Source: an uncultured Bacilli bacterium (GTDB lineage: Bacteria > Bacillota_I > Bacilli_A > RF39 > UBA660). Taken from it: 53,275 nt of DNA. Positions 19,369-29,582 of the stretch are shown here, in pieces. Location: contig CAKOOC010000004.1 in assembly GCA_934098375.1 (NCBI GenBank), positions 1-53,275 of the forward strand, written 5' to 3'. The notes under the pieces were generated by a model, which was not told where the DNA came from, ran no database searches, and was given only the letters and a program-made list of their open reading frames with translations. Within the stretch, counting starts at the first letter, position 1, and every line of letters begins with the position of its first letter. The translations under genes were made by a program, and so were the position numbers.

Positions 19369-20499
19369 ATGCCAAGATTAATTAAAATAGAAGAAAATTT
19401 AAAAATAAATTACGCTAAAGAAATAAAAGAATATTTAAATCCCGATAATGTTTATATCCCTTACGAAAAAAAATATAATGTCGATATTAAAAGTAACGAA
19501 TATGTCTTATTAAATGGTTTAGTATTACATAATGATGATGATTATGTCTATAGTCCCATTTCCGGCACTATAATCGGTGCTAGTGAAAGCATTGTTGATG
19601 GAAAGAAAGCCCCAACTATTGTTATAGAAAACGATTTTAAAGAAAAAACTTATAAAGTAAAAGGTGTCTTAAAAAACATTACAAACTATAAGCCAAATGA
19701 ATTTAAAAACATTATTAAAATTTATAATGCCTATAATGGCTCTTTAGAAGGTGAGACCTTAGTAATTAGTGGGATTGACTATGAACCCTACGAAGAAACA
19801 ATGAGTTTCTTAATTAAATCTCACACTAACGAAATTTTAGAATGTATAGACGCTATAAGTCATATCTTACAAATTCATAAATGCTTTTTTGCCATTAAAA
19901 ATAATGATAGTGACAATGTTAAAACCTTAGTAGATCAAATTGGAACATACCCTAATATAAATCTAAAATTAATGCCTGACTTATATCCTATTGGACAAAA
20001 GGACATTTTAATTAATGAATTAGTAACTGAAAAGAAAAAAGACAAAGGAGTTATATTTCTTACCGTTGAAGATGTTTTTGCCATTTATAATGTTCTAAAA
20101 AAGAAAAAACCAATAACTGAAAAATTAATAACTATATCAGGAGATTTAATTGATAAACCAGCTGTTATGCTAGTTAAAATTGGTACGAATATTGGTGATA
20201 TAATTGCAAATTTTTTCAAAGTTAAAGATGAAAACTTTAAAATTGTTATTAATGGTCTTTTATCAGGATATACAATTCCTAGTTTAAATGCTGTAGTTAC
20301 GCCCCTAACAAGAAGTATTTTTATAACTAGTGAGCAACAAGAAAAAGCTCGTAAATGCATCAATTGTGGTCTATGCGTACTTCATTGTCCTGTCAAAGCA
20401 AATCCTAAAGAGAAATTACGCATGGATAAATGTATTAAATGCGGTTTATGCAATTATATATGTCCTTCAAAAATTAAATTAATGGGAGGCAAAAAATGA
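19369..20499 (+). CDS. RnfC-like protein with 4Fe-4S dicluster domain (divergent)
   Basis: N-terminal SPISGTI barrel-sandwich-like motif. C-terminal CINCGLCVLHCP and CIKCGLCNYICP ferredoxin motifs. I could not find the expected GAGGAGFP-type nucleotide-binding motif. Confidence 0.5.
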   Translation: MPRLIKIEENLKINYAKEIKEYLNPDNVYIPYEKKYNVDIKSNEYVLLNGLVLHNDDDYVYSPISGTIIGASESIVDGKKAPTIVIENDFKEKTYKVKGVLKNITNYKPNEFKNIIKIYNAYNGSLEGETLVISGIDYEPYEETMSFLIKSHTNEILECIDAISHILQIHKCFFAIKNNDSDNVKTLVDQIGTYPNINLKLMPDLYPIGQKDILINELVTEKKKDKGVIFLTVEDVFAIYNVLKKKKPITEKLITISGDLIDKPAVMLVKIGTNIGDIIANFFKVKDENFKIVINGLLSGYTIPSLNAVVTPLTRSIFITSEQQEKARKCINCGLCVLHCPVKANPKEKLRMDKCIKCGLCNYICPSKIKLMGGKK

Positions 20500-21395
20500 A
20501 AGATGTATTTATAAAATCAAAAATGAATCTTAAAAAAATTAACATATATCTATTTATCTCTTTATTGCCTCTTATAATTGCCGGATTTTATAAAAATGGA
20601 ATCAACTTATACACTAATCATTTAGTTAGTTTTCTTGGAATGCTAAAACCTTTAATTTTTGATATTTTAGGACTTACAATTGGCATATCCGTAAACATTA
20701 TTCATGAAAGAATATTTAGAAAAAGTAAAGATAAACTATCTAGTATCATGTTCACCTCATTTCATCCTTTTTATGGATTACTGATTGCTTCTGTAATAAG
20801 TATCAATACTAATATATTTTTATTTATTATGATAACTTTTCTATCATTAATGATTAGTAAATTTTTTAAATCATCAAATATAAATATAGTTGCTTTAACT
20901 AGTCTGTTAATTATCTTTTGTATCAATTTAACAGGCGATTTTTCCTTCTTAAACAAATTAGAAAGCAACAATGATTTAAATTTAATAGCACTCGATTATT
21001 TACTAGGAAAGGGTAGTGGTGGTATCAATGCTACCAATGTAATCGTTTTAGTTATCAGCTTATTAATTTTATGTAATCAATCATTTTACAAAAAAAATAT
21101 TCCTTTATATAGTACTATCACATATGTATCATGTATGTTAATTTACTGTATTATAACTGGTAATATTGGTAGCATTTTAGATAATATTTTTGCTAACAAC
21201 GTCTTATTTAGTTTTGTCTTTATTGCTACCGAGCCATTATCTAGTCCTTATACCTATAAAGGGCAAATTATCTATAGTGTTATCATTGGAATTTTAACAT
21301 TTGGTATGTACCTAATATATCCGCCACTTGCAGCGTTAGGTGGTATTATCATTGCAAGCATTTGTCATAAAACTATTGATAAATTTTTTGCTTAA
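20496..21395 (+). CDS. RnfD/NqrB-like integral membrane protein (divergent)
   Basis: 299 aa polytopic. FIATEPLSSPYT resembles the RnfD F.ATDP.T.P motif. 4-nt overlap with the rnfC-like gene. Confidence 0.5.
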   Translation: MKDVFIKSKMNLKKINIYLFISLLPLIIAGFYKNGINLYTNHLVSFLGMLKPLIFDILGLTIGISVNIIHERIFRKSKDKLSSIMFTSFHPFYGLLIASVISINTNIFLFIMITFLSLMISKFFKSSNINIVALTSLLIIFCINLTGDFSFLNKLESNNDLNLIALDYLLGKGSGGINATNVIVLVISLLILCNQSFYKKNIPLYSTITYVSCMLIYCIITGNIGSILDNIFANNVLFSFVFIATEPLSSPYTYKGQIIYSVIIGILTFGMYLIYPPLAALGGIIIASICHKTIDKFFA

Positions 21396-21419
21396 ATAAA
21401 AGCTATCTGGTCTTAATTT

Positions 21420-21445
21420 AACAAGCAAAAATGCTTGTTTTTTTT
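21420..21445 (+). terminator. Rho-independent terminator after the rnfD-like gene
   Basis: AACAAGCA-AAAA-TGCTTGTT hairpin followed by a T-run. Confidence 0.8.
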
Positions 21446-21546
21446 CTATTAACTAAAAAAATTAACAAAAATCACAAAATTTGGCAAAAAAATAAAGGAA
21501 AATGGGCACCTTCGGTTAATAAATAATAATTAGAGGGTGTTTTTCT

Positions 21547-23277
21547 ATGGCAATGATACCAAATGAAGAAATAAATGCAATTAGAAATAAAGCAAATATT
21601 GTAGATATAATTTCTAGTTATATAAATTTAATTCCCAAGGGAAAAAACTACTTTGGTGTATGTCCTTTTCATGACGATCACTCACCAAGTTTAAGTGTAT
21701 CACCAGAAAAACAAATATATACTTGCTTTGTTTGTGGTGTCTCTGGAAATGTCTTTACTTTTGTTCAAAACTATGAAAATGTAGATTTTGTAACATCTGT
21801 AAAAATCGTCGCTGATAAAGTCGGGCACTATTTAAATATTAATCCCTTAGCAAACAATCCTAATAAAAAATATTATGACCTCCTAGATTTAGCAAACAAA
21901 TACTTTGTTAATAATTTAAGCAGTAAAAAAGGTGAGGATGCTAAAAATTATCTTATAAACGAAAGACATCTTAGCGAAGAAATAATCAAAGAATTTAATA
22001 TTGGTCTTGCCTTAAACGACAACAATTTAAACAAATTATTAAAAACAAAAGGTTACACTGATAAAGAAATAATAGATTATTCTCTTGCCATCAAAAGTGA
22101 TACTTTACAAGATTTATTTAAAAACAGAATCACTTTCCCTATTTGTAATGATAAAGGCAATGTAGTAGCATTTTCCGCCCGTATATATAACGGTGAAAGT
22201 TCTAGTAAATATATTAACTCTAAGGAAAGTAATATTTTTAAAAAAGGGCATATACTCTATAATTATGATAAATGTAAAAGTGAAGTAATTAAAACCAAAA
22301 CTATCATAATCGTAGAAGGACAAATCGATGCCATAAGAGTTTATTCAATCGGTTACAAAAACGTTGTTGCTACCATGGGCACAGCTCTTACAAAAGATCA
22401 TATTAACCTTCTTAAAAAACTAAATGCTAAAGTTATATTAATGATGGATAATGATGATGCGGGTGAAAAGAGTACAGTTGCTAACGGTGAAGAGTTAACT
22501 AAAGCCGGTATTGAAGTAACTGTTGTAAGATTATCCGGTAACAAAGATCCTGACTCATACATTTTAGAAAAAGGTAAAGACGCCTTTAAAAATGCTTTAT
22601 ATGGTGCTATAACATATTTTGATTTTAAACTAAATTATTACAAAAAAAATAAAAATTTAAATAAAGCCGATGAACTTGCCACATATATTAATAAAATAAT
22701 TGAAGAGTTAAATAATTCTGATGACGAAGTTTTAAAAAACATTACAATAAATAAACTATCTGAAGAATACCATATTGATAAAGAAGTAATTGAAGCAAAA
22801 TTAGTAAAGAAAGATTCACCACCGCCAAAAGAAATAAAAATTGTTAGAAAATCAAAAATTAAACTTACCAGATATAATAAAGCTGCCGAAGCCATCTTAT
22901 ATGCGATGATGAATAATCCTAAATATATTAGACTATATCAAAAAGATTTAAATTATTTTCCTGATAAAACATACAAACTAATAGCTAATGACATTCTAGC
23001 ATTTAAAAATATAAATAAAGAGTTTTCCTTAGCTGATTTTATTACCTATATAAAAGATTTATCATATAAAGACATAATCATGAGAATTATAAATGATAAT
23101 GATGTCCAAAATAATATAGACGAAGATTTTCCTAAATATGTAGCCATTATAAAAGAATGGATTAAAGAAAATCAAATTGAAAAATTAAAAGAAGAATTAA
23201 AAAATGAAACAGATATTAATAAAAAAGAAGAAATAAATGATATAATAATCAAATTAAAACGAGAAAGTGAGGACTAA
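21547..23277 (+). CDS. dnaG: DNA primase
   Basis: Zinc ribbon [18 protein letters not shown], Toprim EGQIDAI and DNDDAG motifs. SD GAGGGTG. Confidence 0.95.
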   Translation: MAMIPNEEINAIRNKANIVDIISSYINLIPKGKNYFGVCPFHDDHSPSLSVSPEKQIYTCFVCGVSGNVFTFVQNYENVDFVTSVKIVADKVGHYLNINPLANNPNKKYYDLLDLANKYFVNNLSSKKGEDAKNYLINERHLSEEIIKEFNIGLALNDNNLNKLLKTKGYTDKEIIDYSLAIKSDTLQDLFKNRITFPICNDKGNVVAFSARIYNGESSSKYINSKESNIFKKGHILYNYDKCKSEVIKTKTIIIVEGQIDAIRVYSIGYKNVVATMGTALTKDHINLLKKLNAKVILMMDNDDAGEKSTVANGEELTKAGIEVTVVRLSGNKDPDSYILEKGKDAFKNALYGAITYFDFKLNYYKKNKNLNKADELATYINKIIEELNNSDDEVLKNITINKLSEEYHIDKEVIEAKLVKKDSPPPKEIKIVRKSKIKLTRYNKAAEAILYAMMNNPKYIRLYQKDLNYFPDKTYKLIANDILAFKNINKEFSLADFITYIKDLSYKDIIMRIINDNDVQNNIDEDFPKYVAIIKEWIKENQIEKLKEELKNETDINKKEEINDIIIKLKRESED

Positions 23278-24389
23278 TGGCAAAGACTGTTAAAGAAATA
23301 AAAACATTTGATGAAAGAAAAGAAGAATTATTAAAAAAAGGTAAAAAGGAAGGATTTATCACTTTTGAAGACTTAGCAAGTGCTTTAAAAGGATTAGACA
23401 TTGATAGTGATGCTCTAGATGAACTATATAACTTATTTGTAGAAAATGGCATTGAAGTTGTTTCTAGTGAAAATGAATCAAGTGAAAGTGGGAAACAAAA
23501 TAAGATTGTTGAAGAAGAAGTAGTTGTTCTAAATGATGAAGAATTAACCAAAGACATTAATATTAATGATCCAGTTCGTATGTATTTAAAAGAAATTGGT
23601 CGCATCAGTTTGTTAAGTCCTGAAGAAGAAATGAATTTATCTATTAGAGTTGCTAATGGTGATGAAGAAGCTAAAAATATTTTAGCTGAGTCAAACTTAC
23701 GTCTTGTTGTATCTATTGCTAAAAGATATGTAGGCCGTGGTTTATTGTTTTTAGATTTAATTCAAGAAGGAAATATCGGTTTAATGAAAGCCGTTGAAAA
23801 ATTCGACTATGATAAAGGATATAAATTTTCTACATACGCTACATGGTGGATTAGACAAGCCATTACCAGAGCTTTAGCCGATCAAGCAAGAACAATCAGA
23901 GTTCCTGTTCATATGGTTGAAACTATTAATAAAATGGCTAGAATTCAAAGACAACTTACTCTAGAATTAAATAGAGAACCAAGTGAAGAAGAACTTGCTA
24001 AAAAAATGGGGATTTCCGTTGAAAAAGTTAGAGAAGTTATCAAGATTAGTCAAGATCCTGTAAGTTTAGAAACTCCTATCGGTGAAGAAGAAGATTCTCA
24101 TTTAGGTGACTTTGTTCCTGATGAAAGAAGTATGAGACCAGAAGATTATGCTACAAATGAAATCTTAAAAGAAGAAATTAAATCTGTTCTATCTACCTTA
24201 CAACCAAGAGAACAACAAGTTTTAGAACTACGTTTTGGTCTTATAGATGGTACTAGTTATACTCTAGAAGAAGTTGGCAAAAGATTTAATGTCACTCGTG
24301 AAAGAATAAGACAAATTGAAGCCAAAGCCTTAAGAAAATTAAGACATCCATCTCGTGCTAAAAAACTAAAAGACTTCATGGTGGATTAA
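23277..24389 (+). CDS. rpoD: RNA polymerase sigma factor RpoD/SigA
   Basis: Regions 2-4 are recognisable: [46 protein letters not shown] overlap with dnaG. Confidence 0.95.
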   Translation: MAKTVKEIKTFDERKEELLKKGKKEGFITFEDLASALKGLDIDSDALDELYNLFVENGIEVVSSENESSESGKQNKIVEEEVVVLNDEELTKDININDPVRMYLKEIGRISLLSPEEEMNLSIRVANGDEEAKNILAESNLRLVVSIAKRYVGRGLLFLDLIQEGNIGLMKAVEKFDYDKGYKFSTYATWWIRQAITRALADQARTIRVPVHMVETINKMARIQRQLTLELNREPSEEELAKKMGISVEKVREVIKISQDPVSLETPIGEEEDSHLGDFVPDERSMRPEDYATNEILKEEIKSVLSTLQPREQQVLELRFGLIDGTSYTLEEVGKRFNVTRERIRQIEAKALRKLRHPSRAKKLKDFMVD

Positions 24390-25048
24390 TGAAATTATCT
24401 CCTAGGTTATCTTCTTTAGTACCTTTTCTAAGTAAAGAAGATATTACTGCCGATATTGGCTGTGACCACGCTTATTTAAGTATTTATTTAGTTTTAAATA
24501 ATCTAGTAACCAAAGCATCTATAAGTGATATAAATGAAGGTGCTATTAATAATGGTTTAAAAAACATCACTAAATATCATTTAGAAGATAAAATTAAGGC
24601 TAAATTATCCGATGGCATTAAAGATATTGATGAAGACGTAAACACTTTAATAATAAGTGGCATGGGAGCAAGTACAATTATAAAAATTCTAGATAGTAAT
24701 AAAGTAAATCAAATTAATAAAATAATTACTCAGTCCAATAATGACCACTACCTTCTAAGAACAGAAATCATTAAAAAAGGTTACTATATATTTGGAGAAA
24801 CAAGCATAATTGATAATAATAAATATTATTTAAACATTTGCTTTAAAAAAGGTACCAAAAGATATAACAAACTAGATTTATTATATGGTCCTATCTTAAG
24901 AAAAAATAAAGAAAATGAAAAATATTTTGCTTATGTTTTAAAAAAAGAAAAGCAAATTTACAAAAACATTCCATATTATAAAATTAAAGCAAAAATAAAT
25001 AGTTTAATAAAAATAAAACAAATTAAAAAAATAATAAAAAGTATCTAG
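24389..25048 (+). CDS. trmK: tRNA (adenine22-N1)-methyltransferase TrmK-like
   Basis: MKLSPRL..ADIGCDHAYL N-terminus as in YqfN/TrmK. Position after dnaG-rpoD matches Bacillus. Confidence 0.7.
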   Translation: MKLSPRLSSLVPFLSKEDITADIGCDHAYLSIYLVLNNLVTKASISDINEGAINNGLKNITKYHLEDKIKAKLSDGIKDIDEDVNTLIISGMGASTIIKILDSNKVNQINKIITQSNNDHYLLRTEIIKKGYYIFGETSIIDNNKYYLNICFKKGTKRYNKLDLLYGPILRKNKENEKYFAYVLKKEKQIYKNIPYYKIKAKINSLIKIKQIKKIIKSI

Positions 25049-25100
25049 TAAATAGATTCTTTTTTTGCTATAATTTTCTTGAAATTAGAGGTTGAGTTTA

Positions 25101-26459
25101 GTGAAAAAAAAGTTAGCGATTATATTGTCGCTTTTATTAATTATATGTTTCATTAGTTTTTACATTTATAAAGTATCTAACAACCTAGAACTAGCTAATA
25201 TTAAGTTAATAAACTATGATAAAGCAAATGACACTATTACATTAAAAATTGATCGAGTTTTAAATTTTATAAATCATGATTTTACTTGCCATGCTAAGGG
25301 AGTTAAATCATCTTTTCAAGAAAAAGGACAAAATAAATCATGTGAATTAACAATCCCTAAAGACGATACTTACGAAATATTTTTAACTAATAAAAGTGGT
25401 GTTAGAACTAAAATTATTAAATTAAATGATACTTTAAGTGAAGTATTATATTTTACTTTTGGTAATGAAAAAATCTACATCGTTATAGGTGAAGAAAAAG
25501 AAATAAAATATAATGATATAACTATTGGAAAAAATATAAATTATAACTTTAAAAGTTCCGATGAAAATGTTGCTAAAGTAGTTGATAATAAAATAGTTGG
25601 TATTGCTTCAGGTACTGCCACAATAACTGCTAATAATCGAGACGAAAAATTAACTGTTATTGTAACGGACTTAATAACTAAGCCATACGCCATCAAAGAT
25701 AAAAAAGAATTATTAACATGCCATGCTTATACCGAGGAAGAAGCGAGTCTTTTAGACGACATTTTAGCTTACAAAGTAAACGAAGGTGGATACTTAGCAA
25801 GAGGTGGTGCCGTAGCTGCTGCTAGGTTCCTTAGTTTAGAATTCGTATACCGCGTTCCTTACTTTTATGAAAATGGTAGAATACCTATCTCAAATACTGA
25901 TAAAAGCAATATTAATACTCATATTGCTGATGGTGAAGGAAGATACTATAAACAAGGATTATACCTGTCTGATAGCAAAAAATCGCAAATATCTGCCTCT
26001 TGGAAAGGCCCTGCTATTTGGGGCTGCAACCTCATGAATTTAGAATCAAATCCCAAATATGGATATACAATGGGCAAAATGATGCCTAATGGATTAGATT
26101 GTTCTGGTTTCATTACTTGGTCTCTTAAGCAAGCTGGTTTTGATCCAGGGGATGTCGGTGCTGGTGAAAGCCCAGATCGTGATAATCAATGTACCGACTT
26201 AGGCAAATTTACTAAATTAAAAGAAAATTTTGATAAAATTAAAGTAGGGGATTTATTAAACTGGTGGGGTCATATTGCTATGCTAATTGGTATTGACGAA
26301 AAAACTAATACTTACTATGTAGCGGAAAGTTTATCCTATATCAGCGGTGTTCGTGCCATGATTTATACTAAAAACGAGCTATTAGAAACCTTCCCTTATG
26401 TTGTTTTAATGGATTCTTACTATCAAAAAGAGGGTAATTATAGTAATTACTGGAATTAA
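25101..26459 (+). CDS. NlpC/P60 cell-wall hydrolase with Big_2-like domain
   Basis: Signal/TM, Ig-like VAKVVDNKIVGIASGTATITA, catalytic GLDCSGFITW (Cys) and GHIAMLIG (His). AGAGGT lies 8 nt before the GTG at 25101; the track start is TTG 25092. Confidence 0.75.
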   Translation: MKKKLAIILSLLLIICFISFYIYKVSNNLELANIKLINYDKANDTITLKIDRVLNFINHDFTCHAKGVKSSFQEKGQNKSCELTIPKDDTYEIFLTNKSGVRTKIIKLNDTLSEVLYFTFGNEKIYIVIGEEKEIKYNDITIGKNINYNFKSSDENVAKVVDNKIVGIASGTATITANNRDEKLTVIVTDLITKPYAIKDKKELLTCHAYTEEEASLLDDILAYKVNEGGYLARGGAVAAARFLSLEFVYRVPYFYENGRIPISNTDKSNINTHIADGEGRYYKQGLYLSDSKKSQISASWKGPAIWGCNLMNLESNPKYGYTMGKMMPNGLDCSGFITWSLKQAGFDPGDVGAGESPDRDNQCTDLGKFTKLKENFDKIKVGDLLNWWGHIAMLIGIDEKTNTYYVAESLSYISGVRAMIYTKNELLETFPYVVLMDSYYQKEGNYSNYWN

Positions 26460-26460
26460 A

Positions 26461-26480
26461 AAAGGCCTTAAAGCCTTTTT
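26461..26480. terminator. Bidirectional terminator
   Basis: AAAGGC-loop-GCCTTT hairpin flanked by A- and T-runs, between convergent genes. Confidence 0.65.
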
Positions 26481-26489
26481 ATTTTATAC

Positions 26490-26603
26490 TTATCTAAAGA
26501 TATAATATACTAGTGTTCCTACAAAACTCGCTACCATCGCAATAACTAGCACCCATACAAAAATTTTTGTACCTATATTTTTCTTTTTTGCTCTATATGC
26601 CAT
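26490..26603 (-). CDS. 37-aa single-TM peptide (below ORF-track cutoff)
   Basis: MAYRAKKKNIGTKIFVWVLVIAMVASFVGTLVYYIFR. GAGGTG SD 8 nt upstream of the ATG. Terminator immediately downstream. Confidence 0.55.
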   Translation of the reverse strand: MAYRAKKKNIGTKIFVWVLVIAMVASFVGTLVYYIFR

Positions 26604-26671
26604 TTTAATTCACCTCAATAAAATAATTATACAAAATTATTCATAAAAATAAAAGTCCGTAATAAAGTTAA

Positions 26672-27262
26672 ATGGGTGATAAATTGAAAATTCATATTAA
26701 TGATCGTAGTAAAACCGTCGCAAAATTTCTTCTAATGCTATTTGTAATCGGTATCTTTATTGGAGTTTATGCTTATCTTATTCAAGATACAAACACTAAA
26801 AACGCTATAAACTTAGAACTAACAAGTTTGTTGTCGAATCTTGCAAACGTCAAGCAAAATTCTATTATCTACCACTTTATAACTATTTCCCTAATGATAA
26901 TCTTATCTTTAAGTGTTATAGGTTTACCACTGATGCTTTTTTATTATTTCTATGAAGGGATATCTATTGGATTTCTCATAACTTCTTTTATAAAATATAA
27001 AAAATTTAAAGGATTTACATATTCTCTTATTTTTACAGGCATTAGCAAACTTTTATATATTGCCATCCTAACTTATTTCTTAGTGCAATCCCTAAATTAC
27101 GCTTTTAAAATTTTAAAAAACATTAAAGAAAACAAAAAAGACCTTATTATTCGCCAATTAATAAAATGTGCTTTCACCATCGGCATATGTTTTATTAACG
27201 ATATCATACTATATTTTATAGGAAATAAATTAGCAAACATCTTTACTTTTATAATTAATTAA
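26672..27262 (+). CDS. spoIIM: SpoIIM-like integral membrane protein
   Basis: 196 aa polytopic. SVIGLPLMLFYYFYEGISIGFLITSF resembles the SpoIIM core (..IVGLPLI....KG...GF..GF), from memory. Start codon uncertain (weak SD). Confidence 0.55.
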   Translation: MGDKLKIHINDRSKTVAKFLLMLFVIGIFIGVYAYLIQDTNTKNAINLELTSLLSNLANVKQNSIIYHFITISLMIILSLSVIGLPLMLFYYFYEGISIGFLITSFIKYKKFKGFTYSLIFTGISKLLYIAILTYFLVQSLNYAFKILKNIKENKKDLIIRQLIKCAFTIGICFINDIILYFIGNKLANIFTFIIN

Positions 27263-27322
27263 TTAAAACACATACTTCTTTAATTTTAATTAAAATGCTG
27301 TTATAATAAAAATGTGATTTTT

Positions 27323-28429
27323 ATGAAAAAAGTTGTTATTGGAATGAGTGGGGGAGTTGATTCCTCTGTCGCAGCATACATTTTGCAAAAACAAGGCTAT
27401 GAAGTTATTGGCCTTTTTATGCGTAATTGGGATTCTTTAGTTAATAATGATATATCAGGTAATCCTAATTTAAATAACAATATATGCCCACAAGAACAAG
27501 ATTATAATGATGCTCTAGAAGTATGTAAAAAATTAAATATCCCCTTACACCGTGTTGATTTTGTCAAAGAATACTGGGATTATGTTTTTAAATACTTTCT
27601 AGATGAATTAGAAAAAGGAAGAACGCCTAACCCTGACTTAATGTGTAATAAATATATTAAATTTGATTTATTTAAAAAAGAAGCAGAAAAACTAGGGGCC
27701 GACTATGTTGCCACTGGGCATTACGCTAGAATTATTGGTAATCGTTTATGCCGTGCCGTGGATTTAAATAAAGATCAGACTTATTTTTTAGCCCAAGTAT
27801 CTGAGGAACACTTAAAAAATGTATTATTTCCCATCGGTGATTTAATAAAACCTGAAGTTCGTAAAATAGCCGATGATTTAAATCTTGTAACGGCAAAGAA
27901 AAAAGATTCTACTGGAATTTGTTTTATCGGCGAAAGAAACTATCAAAAATTTATTTCTAATTACTTAAAACCTAATCCTGGAGATATTATAGATATTGAT
28001 ACATTGAAAGTCATTGGTACTCATAGTGGTTTAATGAATTATACTATTGGCCAGCGTCGTAATGTTGGAATATCTGGTAACAGTGAAAAGCATTTTGTTG
28101 TTGGTAAAGACGTTAAGAAAAATATATTATACGTTGCTTTTGGTGAAGATAGTAAGTATTTATACTCTGATTCTTGCATCGTTGATAATGTAAATTACTT
28201 ATGTCAAACAAGACACACTTTCTGCACCGCTAAGTTCCGTTATCGTGGCGAAGATCATGAAGTAATATTAGAATATTTAGATAATAATGAAATTCTTGTA
28301 AAATATCCATCTAAAGTTAAAGCTGTAACTCCCGGTCAAGCCTGTGTTTTCTATTTAGGAGAACAATGTTTAGGATCTGGCATTATCAAAACCGTAATGA
28401 ATAACGGTGAAAAACTTTGGTATTTATAA
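27323..28429 (+). CDS. mnmA: tRNA 2-thiouridine(34) synthase MnmA
   Basis: MKKVVIGMSGGVDSSV PP-loop, NPDLMCN, ATGHYAR, KDQTYFL motifs. The track's GTG at 27314 is probably upstream of the real ATG. Confidence 0.92.
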   Translation: MKKVVIGMSGGVDSSVAAYILQKQGYEVIGLFMRNWDSLVNNDISGNPNLNNNICPQEQDYNDALEVCKKLNIPLHRVDFVKEYWDYVFKYFLDELEKGRTPNPDLMCNKYIKFDLFKKEAEKLGADYVATGHYARIIGNRLCRAVDLNKDQTYFLAQVSEEHLKNVLFPIGDLIKPEVRKIADDLNLVTAKKKDSTGICFIGERNYQKFISNYLKPNPGDIIDIDTLKVIGTHSGLMNYTIGQRRNVGISGNSEKHFVVGKDVKKNILYVAFGEDSKYLYSDSCIVDNVNYLCQTRHTFCTAKFRYRGEDHEVILEYLDNNEILVKYPSKVKAVTPGQACVFYLGEQCLGSGIIKTVMNNGEKLWYL

Positions 28430-28435
28430 ATGTAA

Positions 28436-28460
28436 AAAATCATGATTTAAATGATTTTTT
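28436..28460 (+). terminator. Rho-independent terminator after mnmA
   Basis: AAAATCAT-loop-ATGATTTT hairpin running into a T-run. Confidence 0.7.
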
Positions 28461-28532
28461 CTTTTACTCTCTTGACAATAAAATGTAAAATGAGATATGA
28501 TGTAAGTGTAAAGAAAGTAGGGAAGCATATTA

Positions 28533-29306
28533 ATGAATGCATTAAATGAATTATTACAAGAATTAGGCATCTCTAAGGTTAGATTAGCCAAATATTTAGG
28601 TGTATCTAGACAAATGGTTTATAATTATTTAGAATTACCAAGTTTATCAAAATGGCCCAAAGAAAAGAAAATTGCTCTTTTGAAACTTTTAGATATTGAA
28701 AACGGTGATGAAGACACTATTAAAAATGTTAAAGTAACAACTGACTATTTATTAGCCGTAGAAGATCGATTAACTAATTCTTTAAAAGAAAACAATCAGG
28801 GAGAATTTTTAGATCTTAAAGGACTAAAAAAAGAAGAACAACAATTAGTAGGGGACATATCTTATTTAATAAAAGATAAATTATTAGAAGGAACTAATCA
28901 TGAAGAAAATTATTATGCACTTTTATATATTTATCATTTATTACAAGCTATTGATAATGTTCCTGAAATAAAGTATACACTAGCGTATTTAAGTAAATTA
29001 AATGGATTTACTAATCCTAATGTATATAAATTTAATGAAGATAAACAATTTATGTTTGAAGGAATTATACATTCAGCCTTTAATCTATATACCAGTGGCA
29101 ATGGTTCAAAAAGTAAGATAATTGAATCTCACAACCGCTTTGTTAAAGAAATTGAGGCTCGTAATGAAGAAAAATTATCTCGTACTCAGCAGTTAAACAC
29201 CCTAAAAATTCAAGCGTTAAAAGAATTAGGTTATACTAGTGTTACAACCGAAAACTTTTCAGAATTTTTAGAAAAAATGGCAGAAATTGAAACTCGTGGT
29301 GCTTAA
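28533..29306 (+). CDS. XRE-type helix-turn-helix protein with uncharacterised ~200-aa C-terminal region
   Basis: N-terminal LGISKVRLAKYLGVSRQMVYNYL HTH. TTGACA / TATGAT promoter-like boxes upstream. Last + strand gene before dif. Confidence 0.6.
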   Translation: MNALNELLQELGISKVRLAKYLGVSRQMVYNYLELPSLSKWPKEKKIALLKLLDIENGDEDTIKNVKVTTDYLLAVEDRLTNSLKENNQGEFLDLKGLKKEEQQLVGDISYLIKDKLLEGTNHEENYYALLYIYHLLQAIDNVPEIKYTLAYLSKLNGFTNPNVYKFNEDKQFMFEGIIHSAFNLYTSGNGSKSKIIESHNRFVKEIEARNEEKLSRTQQLNTLKIQALKELGYTSVTTENFSEFLEKMAEIETRGA

Positions 29307-29318
29307 AACTTAAAAAAC

Positions 29319-29357
29319 ACTTCCCCTATCGTTTTATTTTATGAAAGTAGGGGAAGT
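29319..29357 (+). terminator. Hairpin terminator after the HTH gene
   Basis: 10-bp stem ACTTCCCCTA / TAGGGGAAGT with an 19-nt loop, followed by T-rich sequence. Confidence 0.55.
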
Positions 29358-29582
29358 TTACTTTATAATCACAATATCCAATATATCCAATTACATAATA
29401 AGATAATAAATAATCTATATCATTTTAAGTAAAATTAAATATAATAATAAATAATAGAATATATTATTATAATGAAGGAAATATATTTAAAATTATATAA
29501 AAATTAATCAAATGCATAATTAATAAATTTTAAATAACAGCATAAAATGGATAACTAATCATCTTTTTAAAGAAAATATATA

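Noticed and set aside
20085-20971. ORFs 20085..20363(-) and 20771..20971(-)
   Set aside because: Antisense within the rnfC-like and rnfD-like genes. No independent signals.
22114-23605. ORFs 22114..22323(-), 22638..22895(-), 23249..23605(-)
   Set aside because: Antisense within dnaG and rpoD.
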